Positions 43,120 to 51,270 of a DNA stretch of 64,000 nucleotides are shown in pieces; position 1 is the first letter of the stretch, and every line of letters starts with the position of its first letter. The notes beneath the pieces were generated by a model. It was not told the DNA's origin, made no database searches, and saw nothing but the letters and a program-made list of their open reading frames with translations. Source of the DNA: an uncultured Actinomycetes bacterium (GTDB taxonomy: Bacteria; Actinomycetota; Thermoleophilia; Solirubrobacterales; 70-9). The stretch spans positions 40,302-104,301 of the forward strand of contig CAVTVU010000012.1 in the NCBI GenBank assembly GCA_963738305.1. The letters run 5' to 3'. Position numbers and translations under genes: made by a program.

Positions 43120-44561
43120 GCGGGGCCGGGCTGGAGGCGGTGATCGGCCTCGAGATCCACGTTCAGCTGGCGACGAGGACGAAGATGTTCTGCGGTTGCG
43201 AGCTCTCCTTCGGCGACGAGCCGAATGTCCACACCTGCCCGGTCTGCCTGGCCCACCCGGGTGTGCTGCCCGTCCCCAACAGCCGGGCGATCGAGTTCGC
43301 CCTCCGGATCGCGGCGGCGCTCGAGTGCGACGTGGCACCGCAGTCGATCTTCCATCGCAAGAACTACTTCTACCCGGACAACCCCAAGGCCTACCAGATC
43401 AGCCAGTACGACTCGCCGCTCGCCACCGGCGGGCGGTTGGGCGATGTTCGCATCCACCGCGTCCACCTCGAGGAGGATGCGGCGAAGATGATCCACGTCG
43501 GGGAGTCGGGGCGGATTCACGGGTCCGGAGCCTCGCTGGTCGACTTCAACCGTGCCGGGACGCCGCTGGTCGAGATCGTCAGCGAGCCCGACCTGCGCAG
43601 CGCCGCCGAGGCGCGGGAGTGGGCTCAGCTCCTGCGCACGACGATCCGCCAACTCGGGGTCTCAGACGTCAACATGGAGGAGGGCAGCCTGCGCTGCGAC
43701 GCCAACGTCTCGGTGCGGCCGGCAGGCAGCGAGGAGCTGGGGGTGAAGACGGAGCTGAAGAACATGAACAGCTTCCGCTTCCTCGAACGCGGGGTCGAGG
43801 CCGAGCTGGCGCGCCAGCGCGAGCTGGTGGACGCCGGCGGGAAGGTGGTCCAGGAGACTCTCCACTTCGACCCGGCGAGCGGCTCCCTCACGTCCCTTCG
43901 CTCCAAGGAGGAGGAGCACGACTACCGCTACCTCCCCGAGCCCGACCTCGTCCCGCTGGCGCCCACGGCGGAGATGCTCGAGGAGGCGCGAAACTCGCTC
44001 CCCGAGCTGCCGGCGATGAAGATCGCCCGCTACGAGGGGGAGCTGGGGCTGCCCGGCGACCTCGCCGTCCTCCTCGCTTCAGACCCCGAGACGGCCGCCT
44101 ACTTCGAGCGGGCGCTCGGCGCCGGCGAGGCCGAGCCGCGCGTGGTCGCCAACTGGGTCACCGGCGAACTGGCGGCGGTACTGCGCGAGGCGGGCGGTGA
44201 CGGCGGCGCGGCGGCCTCTGAGGTGGCGCCCGAGGCGCTGGCGAAGCTGATCGGCCTGGTCGCCTCGAAGCAGGTCTCCCACAACGCCGGCAAGCAGGTG
44301 CTGGCGCTCCTCGCGGCGGAAGGAGGAGACCCGGCGGAGCTGGTCGAGCGCGAGGGCCTCGCCCAGATCTCCGACGATTCCGAACTGGACGGGGTGGTCG
44401 CCGCGGCGATCGAGGCCAACGCCGATGCCGCCGAGCAGGTCCGCTCCGGCAACCAGAAGGCGATCGGGGCGATCGTCGGCTCGGTGATGCGCGAGACCAA
44501 GGGCCGCGCCGACGGCGGCGCGGTGACCCGGCTGATCCGCGAGCAGCTCGGGCTCAGCTGA
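43116..44561 (+). CDS. gatB: Asp/Glu-tRNA amidotransferase subunit B
   Basis: VIGLEIHVQL...KMFCGC...CPVCLAHPGVLP...FHRKNYFYPDNPKAYQISQYD...HLEEDAAK...NRAGTPLVEIVSEPD...RCDANVSVR. Confidence 0.95.
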   Translation: MSGAGLEAVIGLEIHVQLATRTKMFCGCELSFGDEPNVHTCPVCLAHPGVLPVPNSRAIEFALRIAAALECDVAPQSIFHRKNYFYPDNPKAYQISQYDSPLATGGRLGDVRIHRVHLEEDAAKMIHVGESGRIHGSGASLVDFNRAGTPLVEIVSEPDLRSAAEAREWAQLLRTTIRQLGVSDVNMEEGSLRCDANVSVRPAGSEELGVKTELKNMNSFRFLERGVEAELARQRELVDAGGKVVQETLHFDPASGSLTSLRSKEEEHDYRYLPEPDLVPLAPTAEMLEEARNSLPELPAMKIARYEGELGLPGDLAVLLASDPETAAYFERALGAGEAEPRVVANWVTGELAAVLREAGGDGGAAASEVAPEALAKLIGLVASKQVSHNAGKQVLALLAAEGGDPAELVEREGLAQISDDSELDGVVAAAIEANADAAEQVRSGNQKAIGAIVGSVMRETKGRADGGAVTRLIREQLGLS

Positions 44562-45889
44562 TGGCCTGGAACGTGGTAATCGCCGGAGGCGGGTTCGCCG
44601 GAGCGAACGCCGCTCGCGAGCTGGAGCGGCTGATGCCGCGCCAGTCGGCCCAGCTGGTGCTTGTCAACGACGTCAACTTCATGCTCTACACGCCGTTCCT
44701 GCCCGAGGCCGCGGCAGGGACGCTCGAGCCGCGCCACGTGGTCACGCCGCTGCGGGCGATGCTCGGGCGCACCTATCTGCGGCTGGGCGCGATCGACGCC
44801 CACGACCCGGCGCGAAAGACGGTGCAGCTCCGCACTCACGAAGGCGAGACCGAGGAGCTGCCCTACGACCAGCTGCTGCTGGCGCTCGGCTCGGTCTCCA
44901 GGGTGCTTCCCGTCCCGGGGTTGACCGAGCACGCGGTCGGATTCAAGAGCCTGGCCGACGCGATCTGGCTTCGCAACCATGTGGTCGAGACGCTGGAATC
45001 CGCCAACGCCAGCGAGGACCCCGGCCGCCAGCAGGAGCTGCTCACCTACGTCTTCATCGGCGGCGGCTACGCCGGCCTCGAGGCGCTGGCCGAGCTCCAG
45101 GACTTCGCCGCCGACGCGATCGAAGCCTATCCGCGGGCCCGGTTGCGGGGTATGCGCTGGGTGCTGGTCGAGGCCACCGACCGCGTGCTGCCCGAGATCG
45201 ACCTCGAGCTGGCCGATTACGCCCTGCGTGAGCTGCGGAGCCGGGGCATCGACATCCGCCTCGGCACGACCCTGGAGCGGGTCGACGCCGAAAGCGTCCG
45301 CCTCTCCACGGGGGAGACCCTGCGGGCCCGCACCGTGGTGTGGACAGCGGGGGTGGCGCCGAACCCCAGCCTGCGCCACCTCAGCGTCCCCCTCGACGAT
45401 CGCGGCCGGGTCCCGGTTGACGAGCACCTGCGGGTAGAGGGAATGGACTCGGTCTGGGCCGTCGGCGATTGCGCCGCCGCGCCGCAGGCCGGGGGCGGGC
45501 TCTGCCCACCGACCGCCCAGCACGCGGTGCGCGAGGGTCCGGTGGCCGCCCGCAACATCGCGGCCGCGCTCGGAGTCGGCGAGGCCCGCCCCTACAACCA
45601 CCGGACCAAGGCCTCCTTCGTCAATCTCGGCCGCTACAAGGCGGTCGGGCGGATCGGCGGCCGCACCTTCCGCGGCTTTCCGGCCTGGTGGCTGGCCCGC
45701 ACGTACCACATGAGCCAGATTCCCGGGACCGCGCGCAAGGTTCGCGCGGTCCTCGACTGGACCGCGAGCCTCCCGTTCAGCCGCGACATCTCGGAGGTCG
45801 GCTCGATCGGGCACCCGGAGCCGCTCGAGGTAGGCATCTACGAGCACGGCGGCAGCCACCGGCCGGTGGCCGGCTCGTCGGGCGACTAG
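44561..45889 (+). CDS. ndh: type II NADH dehydrogenase (NDH-2)
   Basis: VVIAGGGFAGANAAREL, YDQLLLALGS, FIGGGYAGLEALAEL, VWAVGDCAA. Confidence 0.85.
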   Translation: MAWNVVIAGGGFAGANAARELERLMPRQSAQLVLVNDVNFMLYTPFLPEAAAGTLEPRHVVTPLRAMLGRTYLRLGAIDAHDPARKTVQLRTHEGETEELPYDQLLLALGSVSRVLPVPGLTEHAVGFKSLADAIWLRNHVVETLESANASEDPGRQQELLTYVFIGGGYAGLEALAELQDFAADAIEAYPRARLRGMRWVLVEATDRVLPEIDLELADYALRELRSRGIDIRLGTTLERVDAESVRLSTGETLRARTVVWTAGVAPNPSLRHLSVPLDDRGRVPVDEHLRVEGMDSVWAVGDCAAAPQAGGGLCPPTAQHAVREGPVAARNIAAALGVGEARPYNHRTKASFVNLGRYKAVGRIGGRTFRGFPAWWLARTYHMSQIPGTARKVRAVLDWTASLPFSRDISEVGSIGHPEPLEVGIYEHGGSHRPVAGSSGD

Positions 45890-46410
45890 GACGAGGCGAC
45901 CGTCAGGGTCGCATGCATGCCCAGAGCCTCGTGCTCGGGCAGATCGCACCAAAGCTTGTAGGTGCCGGGAGAGAGGCTGAAGCGCTTGCTCGTTCGCTGC
46001 AGGGAGGGGGTGTCCTCGAAGTGCACGAGTGGGGGATCGGTGGAGCCGGTTGGAGCGATGTTCAGGTTGTGGAGGTCCTCGCCCTCGTTGTCCAGCTCGA
46101 CGATGATGTCGCCCGGGGCGACGGTCGTTCGAGACAGCACGAAGCTGTACTCCTGGGCCTTGACTCCGAGCCGTGCCGGGCCGCTTGGCGCCACCGGGTC
46201 GCACTTCCACCAGTGCTTGACGTGCACGACCCGGCGGCGCTTCCCGTGGCGGCGGACGTGGCGGACGATCCGCTTGGTGTGCTTGTGCCAAACGCATTTC
46301 GCGGAGCTCCTCGCCCCGCCCTCGCCGGCGCCGGCGAGGGCGGGGGGGAACGCCAGGGCCAGCGAAAGCGTCAGGGCGCAGAGCCCAAACCTGTGAATGC
46401 GGATCCTCAC
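45886..46410 (-). CDS. secreted cupredoxin-like (type-1 copper) protein
   Basis: GTG 46410 overlaps the upstream stop (GTGA). Signal peptide is VRIRIHRFGLCALTLSLALAFPPALAGA. The β-rich domain has candidate ligands His in EGEDLHNL and C-x4-H-x4-M in KLWCDLPEHEALGM. Confidence 0.7.
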   Translation of the reverse strand: MRIRIHRFGLCALTLSLALAFPPALAGAGEGGARSSAKCVWHKHTKRIVRHVRRHGKRRRVVHVKHWWKCDPVAPSGPARLGVKAQEYSFVLSRTTVAPGDIIVELDNEGEDLHNLNIAPTGSTDPPLVHFEDTPSLQRTSKRFSLSPGTYKLWCDLPEHEALGMHATLTVASS

Positions 46411-47783
46411 GCCTTCACCAGTGCCGGGCGCGGGAAACCCGCCGCGCCGGGGATCACGGCCGAGGCGTCCTCGCCCAGCCACTGTTCCAGCAGCGAGCAG
46501 TACATCGCCCTGAAGTCGCTGGTGTGGCGGAGGTTGTCGTGGTCGTCGAGCGTCGCGAGGCCCGGGAACTCGCCGACCATCTCGCCCTTTGCCTTCGAGC
46601 CGATGACGAAGGCGCATCCGGCGGCGCCGTGGTCGGTCCCGGCGGTCCCGGCGGAGCCGTTCTCCTCCGGTCGGCGGCCGAACTCGCTCCAGACTTCCAC
46701 CAGGACGCGGTCCGCGAGACCCCTTGCCTCGAGGTCGCGCTGGAAGGCGAGGAGCGCGTCGGAGGTCTGCTTGAGGTCCTCGCTGAAGCCCTGCGCCTGG
46801 TCGGAGTGGGTGTCATAGGTGCCCGCGGCGCTGATCGTCACGCAGTGCAGGGGAAAATTGGCCCCGATCATCGCCGCCAGCCCGGAGAGGCCCTCCGCGA
46901 AGTAGCTGTCGGGATAGGCAACCGGGCTGGTGAAGCCGTCGAACTGAGCCAACTGCTCGCGCAGGGTCTCGGTCCTGGACGTCGCCTGTCGGGCCTGCTT
47001 CATCGCCGTCGAATCGGACGAAAACGAGCCGAAGCGCGCAAAGGACTTGAACATCTCGTCGCTGATCGGCCGGTCCACCCGGGCCCAGAGGTCGTAGTTG
47101 GTGACGCTGTCGACCGCCGCCACCGGCTTCACGGCGGTCGCCAGGGTGGGGGAGAGCTCGCCGTCGAGCGAGAGGCCCTGGAGCGGGTTCTCATTATCGC
47201 CGCGGAGATCGAGGTAGCGCCCCATCCAGCCGGTGCGGAAGCCGACCTCGACCTGGCCGATCTCGTAGAAGTGACGCGAGGTGAAATGCGATTGGTTGGG
47301 GCTGTCGTAGCCGATCGCCGGGAAGACGGAGACCTTGCCCTCGGAGTGCAGGGTCGCGAGGCCCGAGGCGGAGGGATGCCAGCGCAGCCCGGGGTCCTCG
47401 CCGAAGGCGGTGCCGTCCTCGGGCGATAGGGCGAGGCTGGGGCGCAGCGCCGCGTAGCGGCTGTCACCGACCGGGGCCAGCAGGCTGAGCGCGTCTGCGC
47501 CCCCGTCCATGAAGACGGAGACGAGGATCCGGTCGTTCTGGGCGGCCTGTGCGATCCCCTCTTCGAAGACGCCGATCGGGAGTTTGCTCGCCCCGTAGAC
47601 GGCGAGTGCCAGGCCGGCACTGCGCGAGAGGAAATTCCGCCGCGTCAGCCCGGTGCCGGCGGGCACCGGAACCCCGGGCTCGACCGCCGGCAGGCCGCGA
47701 CCGGCCTCGGCGGCCGCCGAGCGGATCAGCTGCGAGCGGGTGAAGTCCCGGCAGCAGTTGTGTGCGGGCGGGCGGGCGCTCAT
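46407..47783 (-). CDS. DUF1501 family protein (sulfatase-fold) with Tat signal
   Basis: Twin-arginine leader GLTRRNFLSRSAGLALAVYGA. Then VFMDGGADALS, TYDTHSDQ, WSEFGRRPEENGSAGTDHGAAGCAFVIG. The ATG overlaps the DUF1800 stop (ATGA). Confidence 0.8.
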   Translation of the reverse strand: MSARPPAHNCCRDFTRSQLIRSAAAEAGRGLPAVEPGVPVPAGTGLTRRNFLSRSAGLALAVYGASKLPIGVFEEGIAQAAQNDRILVSVFMDGGADALSLLAPVGDSRYAALRPSLALSPEDGTAFGEDPGLRWHPSASGLATLHSEGKVSVFPAIGYDSPNQSHFTSRHFYEIGQVEVGFRTGWMGRYLDLRGDNENPLQGLSLDGELSPTLATAVKPVAAVDSVTNYDLWARVDRPISDEMFKSFARFGSFSSDSTAMKQARQATSRTETLREQLAQFDGFTSPVAYPDSYFAEGLSGLAAMIGANFPLHCVTISAAGTYDTHSDQAQGFSEDLKQTSDALLAFQRDLEARGLADRVLVEVWSEFGRRPEENGSAGTAGTDHGAAGCAFVIGSKAKGEMVGEFPGLATLDDHDNLRHTSDFRAMYCSLLEQWLGEDASAVIPGAAGFPRPALVKA

Positions 47784-49366
47784 TGCAGCTGCATGTCGGG
47801 GGAGACGGCGATCAGCTGGCGCAGGGCGTTCTGGCGCAGTGCGAGGTAGGGCTGCCGCTCCCAGGGCGCGATGATCCTCGCCTCGGCCCGCTTGGCGAAG
47901 GCGATCAGCTCGTTCTGGTGCTCGGCTCGCAGGGCGGGCCAGGCCCAGGCACCGAGGGCGCTGTTCAGCGCCTCGTCGACTGATTCCTCCTTGGCGTAGC
48001 TCTCGTCCCAGGCGTCGAAGTTGTGGCCCTCCAGGGCGTAGGCGGCCACGGTCCAGCGCGCCTTCATCGTCGAGGTGTCGAGCCAGCGCGTGTCGTCCCA
48101 GCCGGAGACGTTGGGTGGACGGAAGAGCTGCTGGCCCATCTGGCCGCAGAGCCACATCCAGGCCTCGGTGTCGATGCCGCGGCCGAGCGAGCGCAGCAGT
48201 CCGGCCAGGTAGACGACGGGCGGCTTGACCATCGGCTCGCCCCGGTAGAGATCGGGGTGCATGAGGATCGCCTCCACGACGGGACGGATCGCGTACTTCT
48301 GCTTCTTGTAGATGCCGATCAGCGCCTTCAGCGTTTCGGCCGAGGGGGCCGTCGGGACAAAGTAGCTCCAGAGCTTGGTGACGAAGAAGGAGGCGTGCTT
48401 CGAGTTCTCCACGCAGAGACGGCAGGAGTCCTTCCAGTCCCAGTTGCCCCTGTGCCCGAAGATCGTCTTTCGGCCGGCGTCGTGGCGATTCGCCTCGAAG
48501 CGGAAGTTGGTCATGCCCAAATTGTCGTCCCAGTCCGCCGTCCAGCCGGTCAGTGCCCGGGCGTTCTCGCGGACGTCGTCCTCGCTGTAGGCGCCACGGT
48601 CTGCGCCGAGGGTGAACAGCTCCATCATCTCGCGCCCGTAGTTCTCGTTCGGGGCGTAGCGGTCGTTCTCGATCCCGTTCAGCCACTGCAGCATCGCCGG
48701 GTCAATCGTCACCGCCTTCAGGAGGTCTCCGAACGAGCCGAAGCACTTGCGGCGGAAGAGGTTCGACTGGTCGATCATCTGCTGCTGGCGCGAGACGCCG
48801 TCGTTGGAGGTCGCGAACCAGTCGTGGAAGACCAGCGCCATCCGCTCGACCAGGGGGTGGTTGGAGCGGACCATCCGATCGAGCCACCAGAGGTGGTCGT
48901 GCCCCCAGGCGTCGGCGGGAGCAATCGGGTTTCCGTCCCCGTCGACTGGGGCGGGTCCGGAGAGGACGGCCGGGCCCGAGGGCCGGGTCAGGGAGTGGAC
49001 TGCGCCCTTCAATCCCTTCTTGGCGAGCGCCTCCGCCTGGCCCGGCCTGGGCCCGAAGCCGGCCCGGTCGAGCAGCCGGGTCGCCTCGAGGCGTCCGAAG
49101 GGGCCGCTGTAGACCTTGAACCGCGAAGGCTTTGCGGGAGCCCGGGGCCGCTGCGGCCTGGGGACCGGACGGGGGCCCGGGCCGCGCGGATGGTCCTCGG
49201 GTGGCTTGTGAGCGTGGCGGACCCAGTAGGCGCTCTTCGTGACCGTGCCAACGCCATGGTCGACCCACTTGTAATGCCGGTCGCGCCAGCCCTTCTTCTG
49301 CTTCTTCTTGTGATGGCGCCGGCCGCGGCCGGCGCGTAGGGCTGATGGTGTCTGTGCGGTCGCCAT
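47780..49366 (-). CDS. DUF1800 family protein
   Basis: LLDRAGFGPRPG..., VERMALVFHDWFATS, NENYGREMMELFTLG, and the usual pairing with DUF1501. ATG 49366 (MATAQTPS...) was chosen; the track start at 49546 adds unlikely sequence. Confidence 0.75.
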   Translation of the reverse strand: MATAQTPSALRAGRGRRHHKKKQKKGWRDRHYKWVDHGVGTVTKSAYWVRHAHKPPEDHPRGPGPRPVPRPQRPRAPAKPSRFKVYSGPFGRLEATRLLDRAGFGPRPGQAEALAKKGLKGAVHSLTRPSGPAVLSGPAPVDGDGNPIAPADAWGHDHLWWLDRMVRSNHPLVERMALVFHDWFATSNDGVSRQQQMIDQSNLFRRKCFGSFGDLLKAVTIDPAMLQWLNGIENDRYAPNENYGREMMELFTLGADRGAYSEDDVRENARALTGWTADWDDNLGMTNFRFEANRHDAGRKTIFGHRGNWDWKDSCRLCVENSKHASFFVTKLWSYFVPTAPSAETLKALIGIYKKQKYAIRPVVEAILMHPDLYRGEPMVKPPVVYLAGLLRSLGRGIDTEAWMWLCGQMGQQLFRPPNVSGWDDTRWLDTSTMKARWTVAAYALEGHNFDAWDESYAKEESVDEALNSALGAWAWPALRAEHQNELIAFAKRAEARIIAPWERQPYLALRQNALRQLIAVSPDMQLQ

Positions 49367-49547
49367 GACAGCAGGGGTCGGCTCCGACCGGAGCCGTTGC
49401 CTGGTTTGTCGGTGGTCCCCGCCGAGACCTTTAGAGAGTGCGGTACCTGCCTGGACGGGCTGCCAGAGGGCGCGGTGCCCACCTGGAGGGGCTGCACAGG
49501 CATGGGCCGACACGGCCGATCCATCTTCAGGGCCGCCGAGCGCCAAA

Positions 49548-49838
49548 ATGCCCGCCGTGGGCTACGAGTACGTCCTGATCGCGCTCTCCTTCGGCCTCGC
49601 CACGGCGATCATCGGCCGGGGCAAGGGCTCATCCTTCTTCCTCTGGCTCGCGATCGGCACCGTCCTGCCGCTGCTCGGCCTGATCGCCGTGATCCTCTAC
49701 CGCTCCGAGAAGGCCGAGCCGGAGCGTCGCTGCCCGACCTGCGGGAAGGTCCTGAAGCTCTACGTCCAGGTATGCCCGCGTTGCGGGACGGACCTGTATC
49801 TGCCTGATCCCGCCGAGGTGCAGCAGTCCGCGGACTGA
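49548..49838 (+). CDS. small membrane protein with C-terminal zinc ribbon
   Basis: Two helices (YVLIALSFGLATAIIG, FFLWLAIGTVLPLLGLIAVILY), then RRCPTCGKVLKLYVQVCPRCGTDL. Confidence 0.6.
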   Translation: MPAVGYEYVLIALSFGLATAIIGRGKGSSFFLWLAIGTVLPLLGLIAVILYRSEKAEPERRCPTCGKVLKLYVQVCPRCGTDLYLPDPAEVQQSAD

Positions 49839-50032
49839 CCCGGCTCAAGCCACCGGCTGATCAGGGGCGAGCGCCGGGGAACCACGGCCCGTGGCTCGGC
49901 ACACCCAGCCAACGTCCCGCACCCGCTTGCACCCCGCTGGGGGTTGGGCGACCTTTCGGCGACGTGACGGCCGGAATTCGCCCAACCCGCCTCGTCAGGC
50001 GGCGAGGGACGGCGCGGCCCGGGTAGGACCAT

Positions 50033-51097
50033 CTACCGCAGCCAGGTGCGGACGATCGCGTTGGCGAAGCCCATGCCGTAGCGGACGACCGCGGGCTTCT
50101 TGGAGTGCCCGCTGAGGCGCTTCACCACGGTCACCGGCACCTCGGTCGCCGGGATGCCGCGCTTGATCGCCTCGATCATGAACTCGGAGGTGTGGAACTG
50201 CTCCTGGCGCAGGACGAGCTGGGGGAGGGCGGAGGCGCGGACCGCGCGGTAACCGTTGGAGCAGTCGGTGACGTGGGTGCGGGTGATCAGCGAGACCATC
50301 CGGTTGAAGAAGACGATTCCCATCTCTCGGGCGACGTGACCTTCATCGGCGTGACCGAGCACGCGCGAACCGTGAGCGAGGTCGAACTCGCCGCTGAGGA
50401 TCGGCTCGACGAGGCGCGGCATCTCGGAGGGCAGATGCTGGCCGTCGGCATCGAGCGTGACGACGATCTCGGCACCAGAGTCGACCATCAGCCGGTAACC
50501 GGTCCGCAGGGCGGCGCCTCCGCCGCGGTTGATCACGTGGCGCGCAACCGCCGCGCCGTGCTCCGCTGCGACCTCCCCGGTAGCGTCACGCGAGCCGTCG
50601 TCGACGACCAGGACCGCGGTCGGGAACCCGCAAACCTCCTCGGGGATGCGATCGAGGACGTAGCCGATGTTCTCTGCCTCGTTGTAGGCCGGGACAAGGA
50701 CCCCGATGCGCTCGCGGAAGCGCTCGGGAAGCTCAGCCTGGCGGAACTCGTCAGCGGCGATGCCCTCGAGCACCGCCGACATCTCCCGCGAGTTGCGGGC
50801 CGAGATCGTGAGCGCCCGCAGGATCATCAGAAAGAGGACGAAGATCGCGAACACGGCGAGGCCCAGAATGCGGCCCCCGTTGCCTCGCTGGAAGGAGAAC
50901 GCCTCCAGCAGCCTGTCGGTCAGCTCGGTTCCCGAGACGATCGCCAGCCCGACCCCCGCCGCGAGCAGGATGAGGACGTCGACATTGCGCAGCGAGCGGC
51001 GGCGGGCGATTGCGAAGGCGATGATCGCGACGGCGACGATCAGCCCCGCGGCGCGCAGGGCGGTCAGCTCGGGCGGTAGGAGGTCGGCGGCGGGCAT
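50033..51097 (-). CDS. membrane-anchored GT2, polyprenyl-phosphate glycosyltransferase type (DPM1/GtrB/ArnC-like)
   Basis: Three N-terminal TM helices, then VLVPAYNEAENIGYVLDRIP...VLVVDDGSRDATGEVA...VTLDADGQHLPSEMPRLV. Confidence 0.85.
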   Translation of the reverse strand: MPAADLLPPELTALRAAGLIVAVAIIAFAIARRRSLRNVDVLILLAAGVGLAIVSGTELTDRLLEAFSFQRGNGGRILGLAVFAIFVLFLMILRALTISARNSREMSAVLEGIAADEFRQAELPERFRERIGVLVPAYNEAENIGYVLDRIPEEVCGFPTAVLVVDDGSRDATGEVAAEHGAAVARHVINRGGGAALRTGYRLMVDSGAEIVVTLDADGQHLPSEMPRLVEPILSGEFDLAHGSRVLGHADEGHVAREMGIVFFNRMVSLITRTHVTDCSNGYRAVRASALPQLVLRQEQFHTSEFMIEAIKRGIPATEVPVTVVKRLSGHSKKPAVVRYGMGFANAIVRTWLR

Positions 51098-51170
51098 CGG
51101 GCTTCTTCGGCGGCGGCCGGTGGAGCCGCCGCGCCGCTTGCAGGATAGGTCGCCGCGACGCCGGAACTAA

Positions 51171-51253
51171 TTTGCGGCGGTTTGCGCCGCCTTACATGCA
51201 TGTGCCCGCGCTAACACCGCGCGGGCAAAGAACAACTTGCGGCGGCTTGCGCC
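51171..51253. repeat. composite palindromic intergenic repeat, family 1, copy B (most complete)
   Basis: TTTGCGGCGGTTTGCGCCGCCTTACATGCATGTGCCCGCGCTAACACCGCGCGGGCAAAGAACAACTTGCGGCGGCTTGCGCC. The architecture matches copy A. The hairpin-2 stem carries a G-C to C-G swap relative to copy A. The TTGCGGCGG.TTGCGCC motif occurs at both ends. Confidence 0.65.
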
Positions 51254-51270
51254 TTGATTATCGGCGGCAC

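Noticed and set aside
49935-49990. Inverted repeat GTTGGGCG...CGCCCAAC enclosing GACCTTTCGGCGACGTGAC, considered as a third copy of repeat family 2.
   Set aside because: Only short fragments (GACCTTTC, GACGTG) resemble family 2. The loop core CGCATAGCGCAGCT is absent, so the similarity could be chance.
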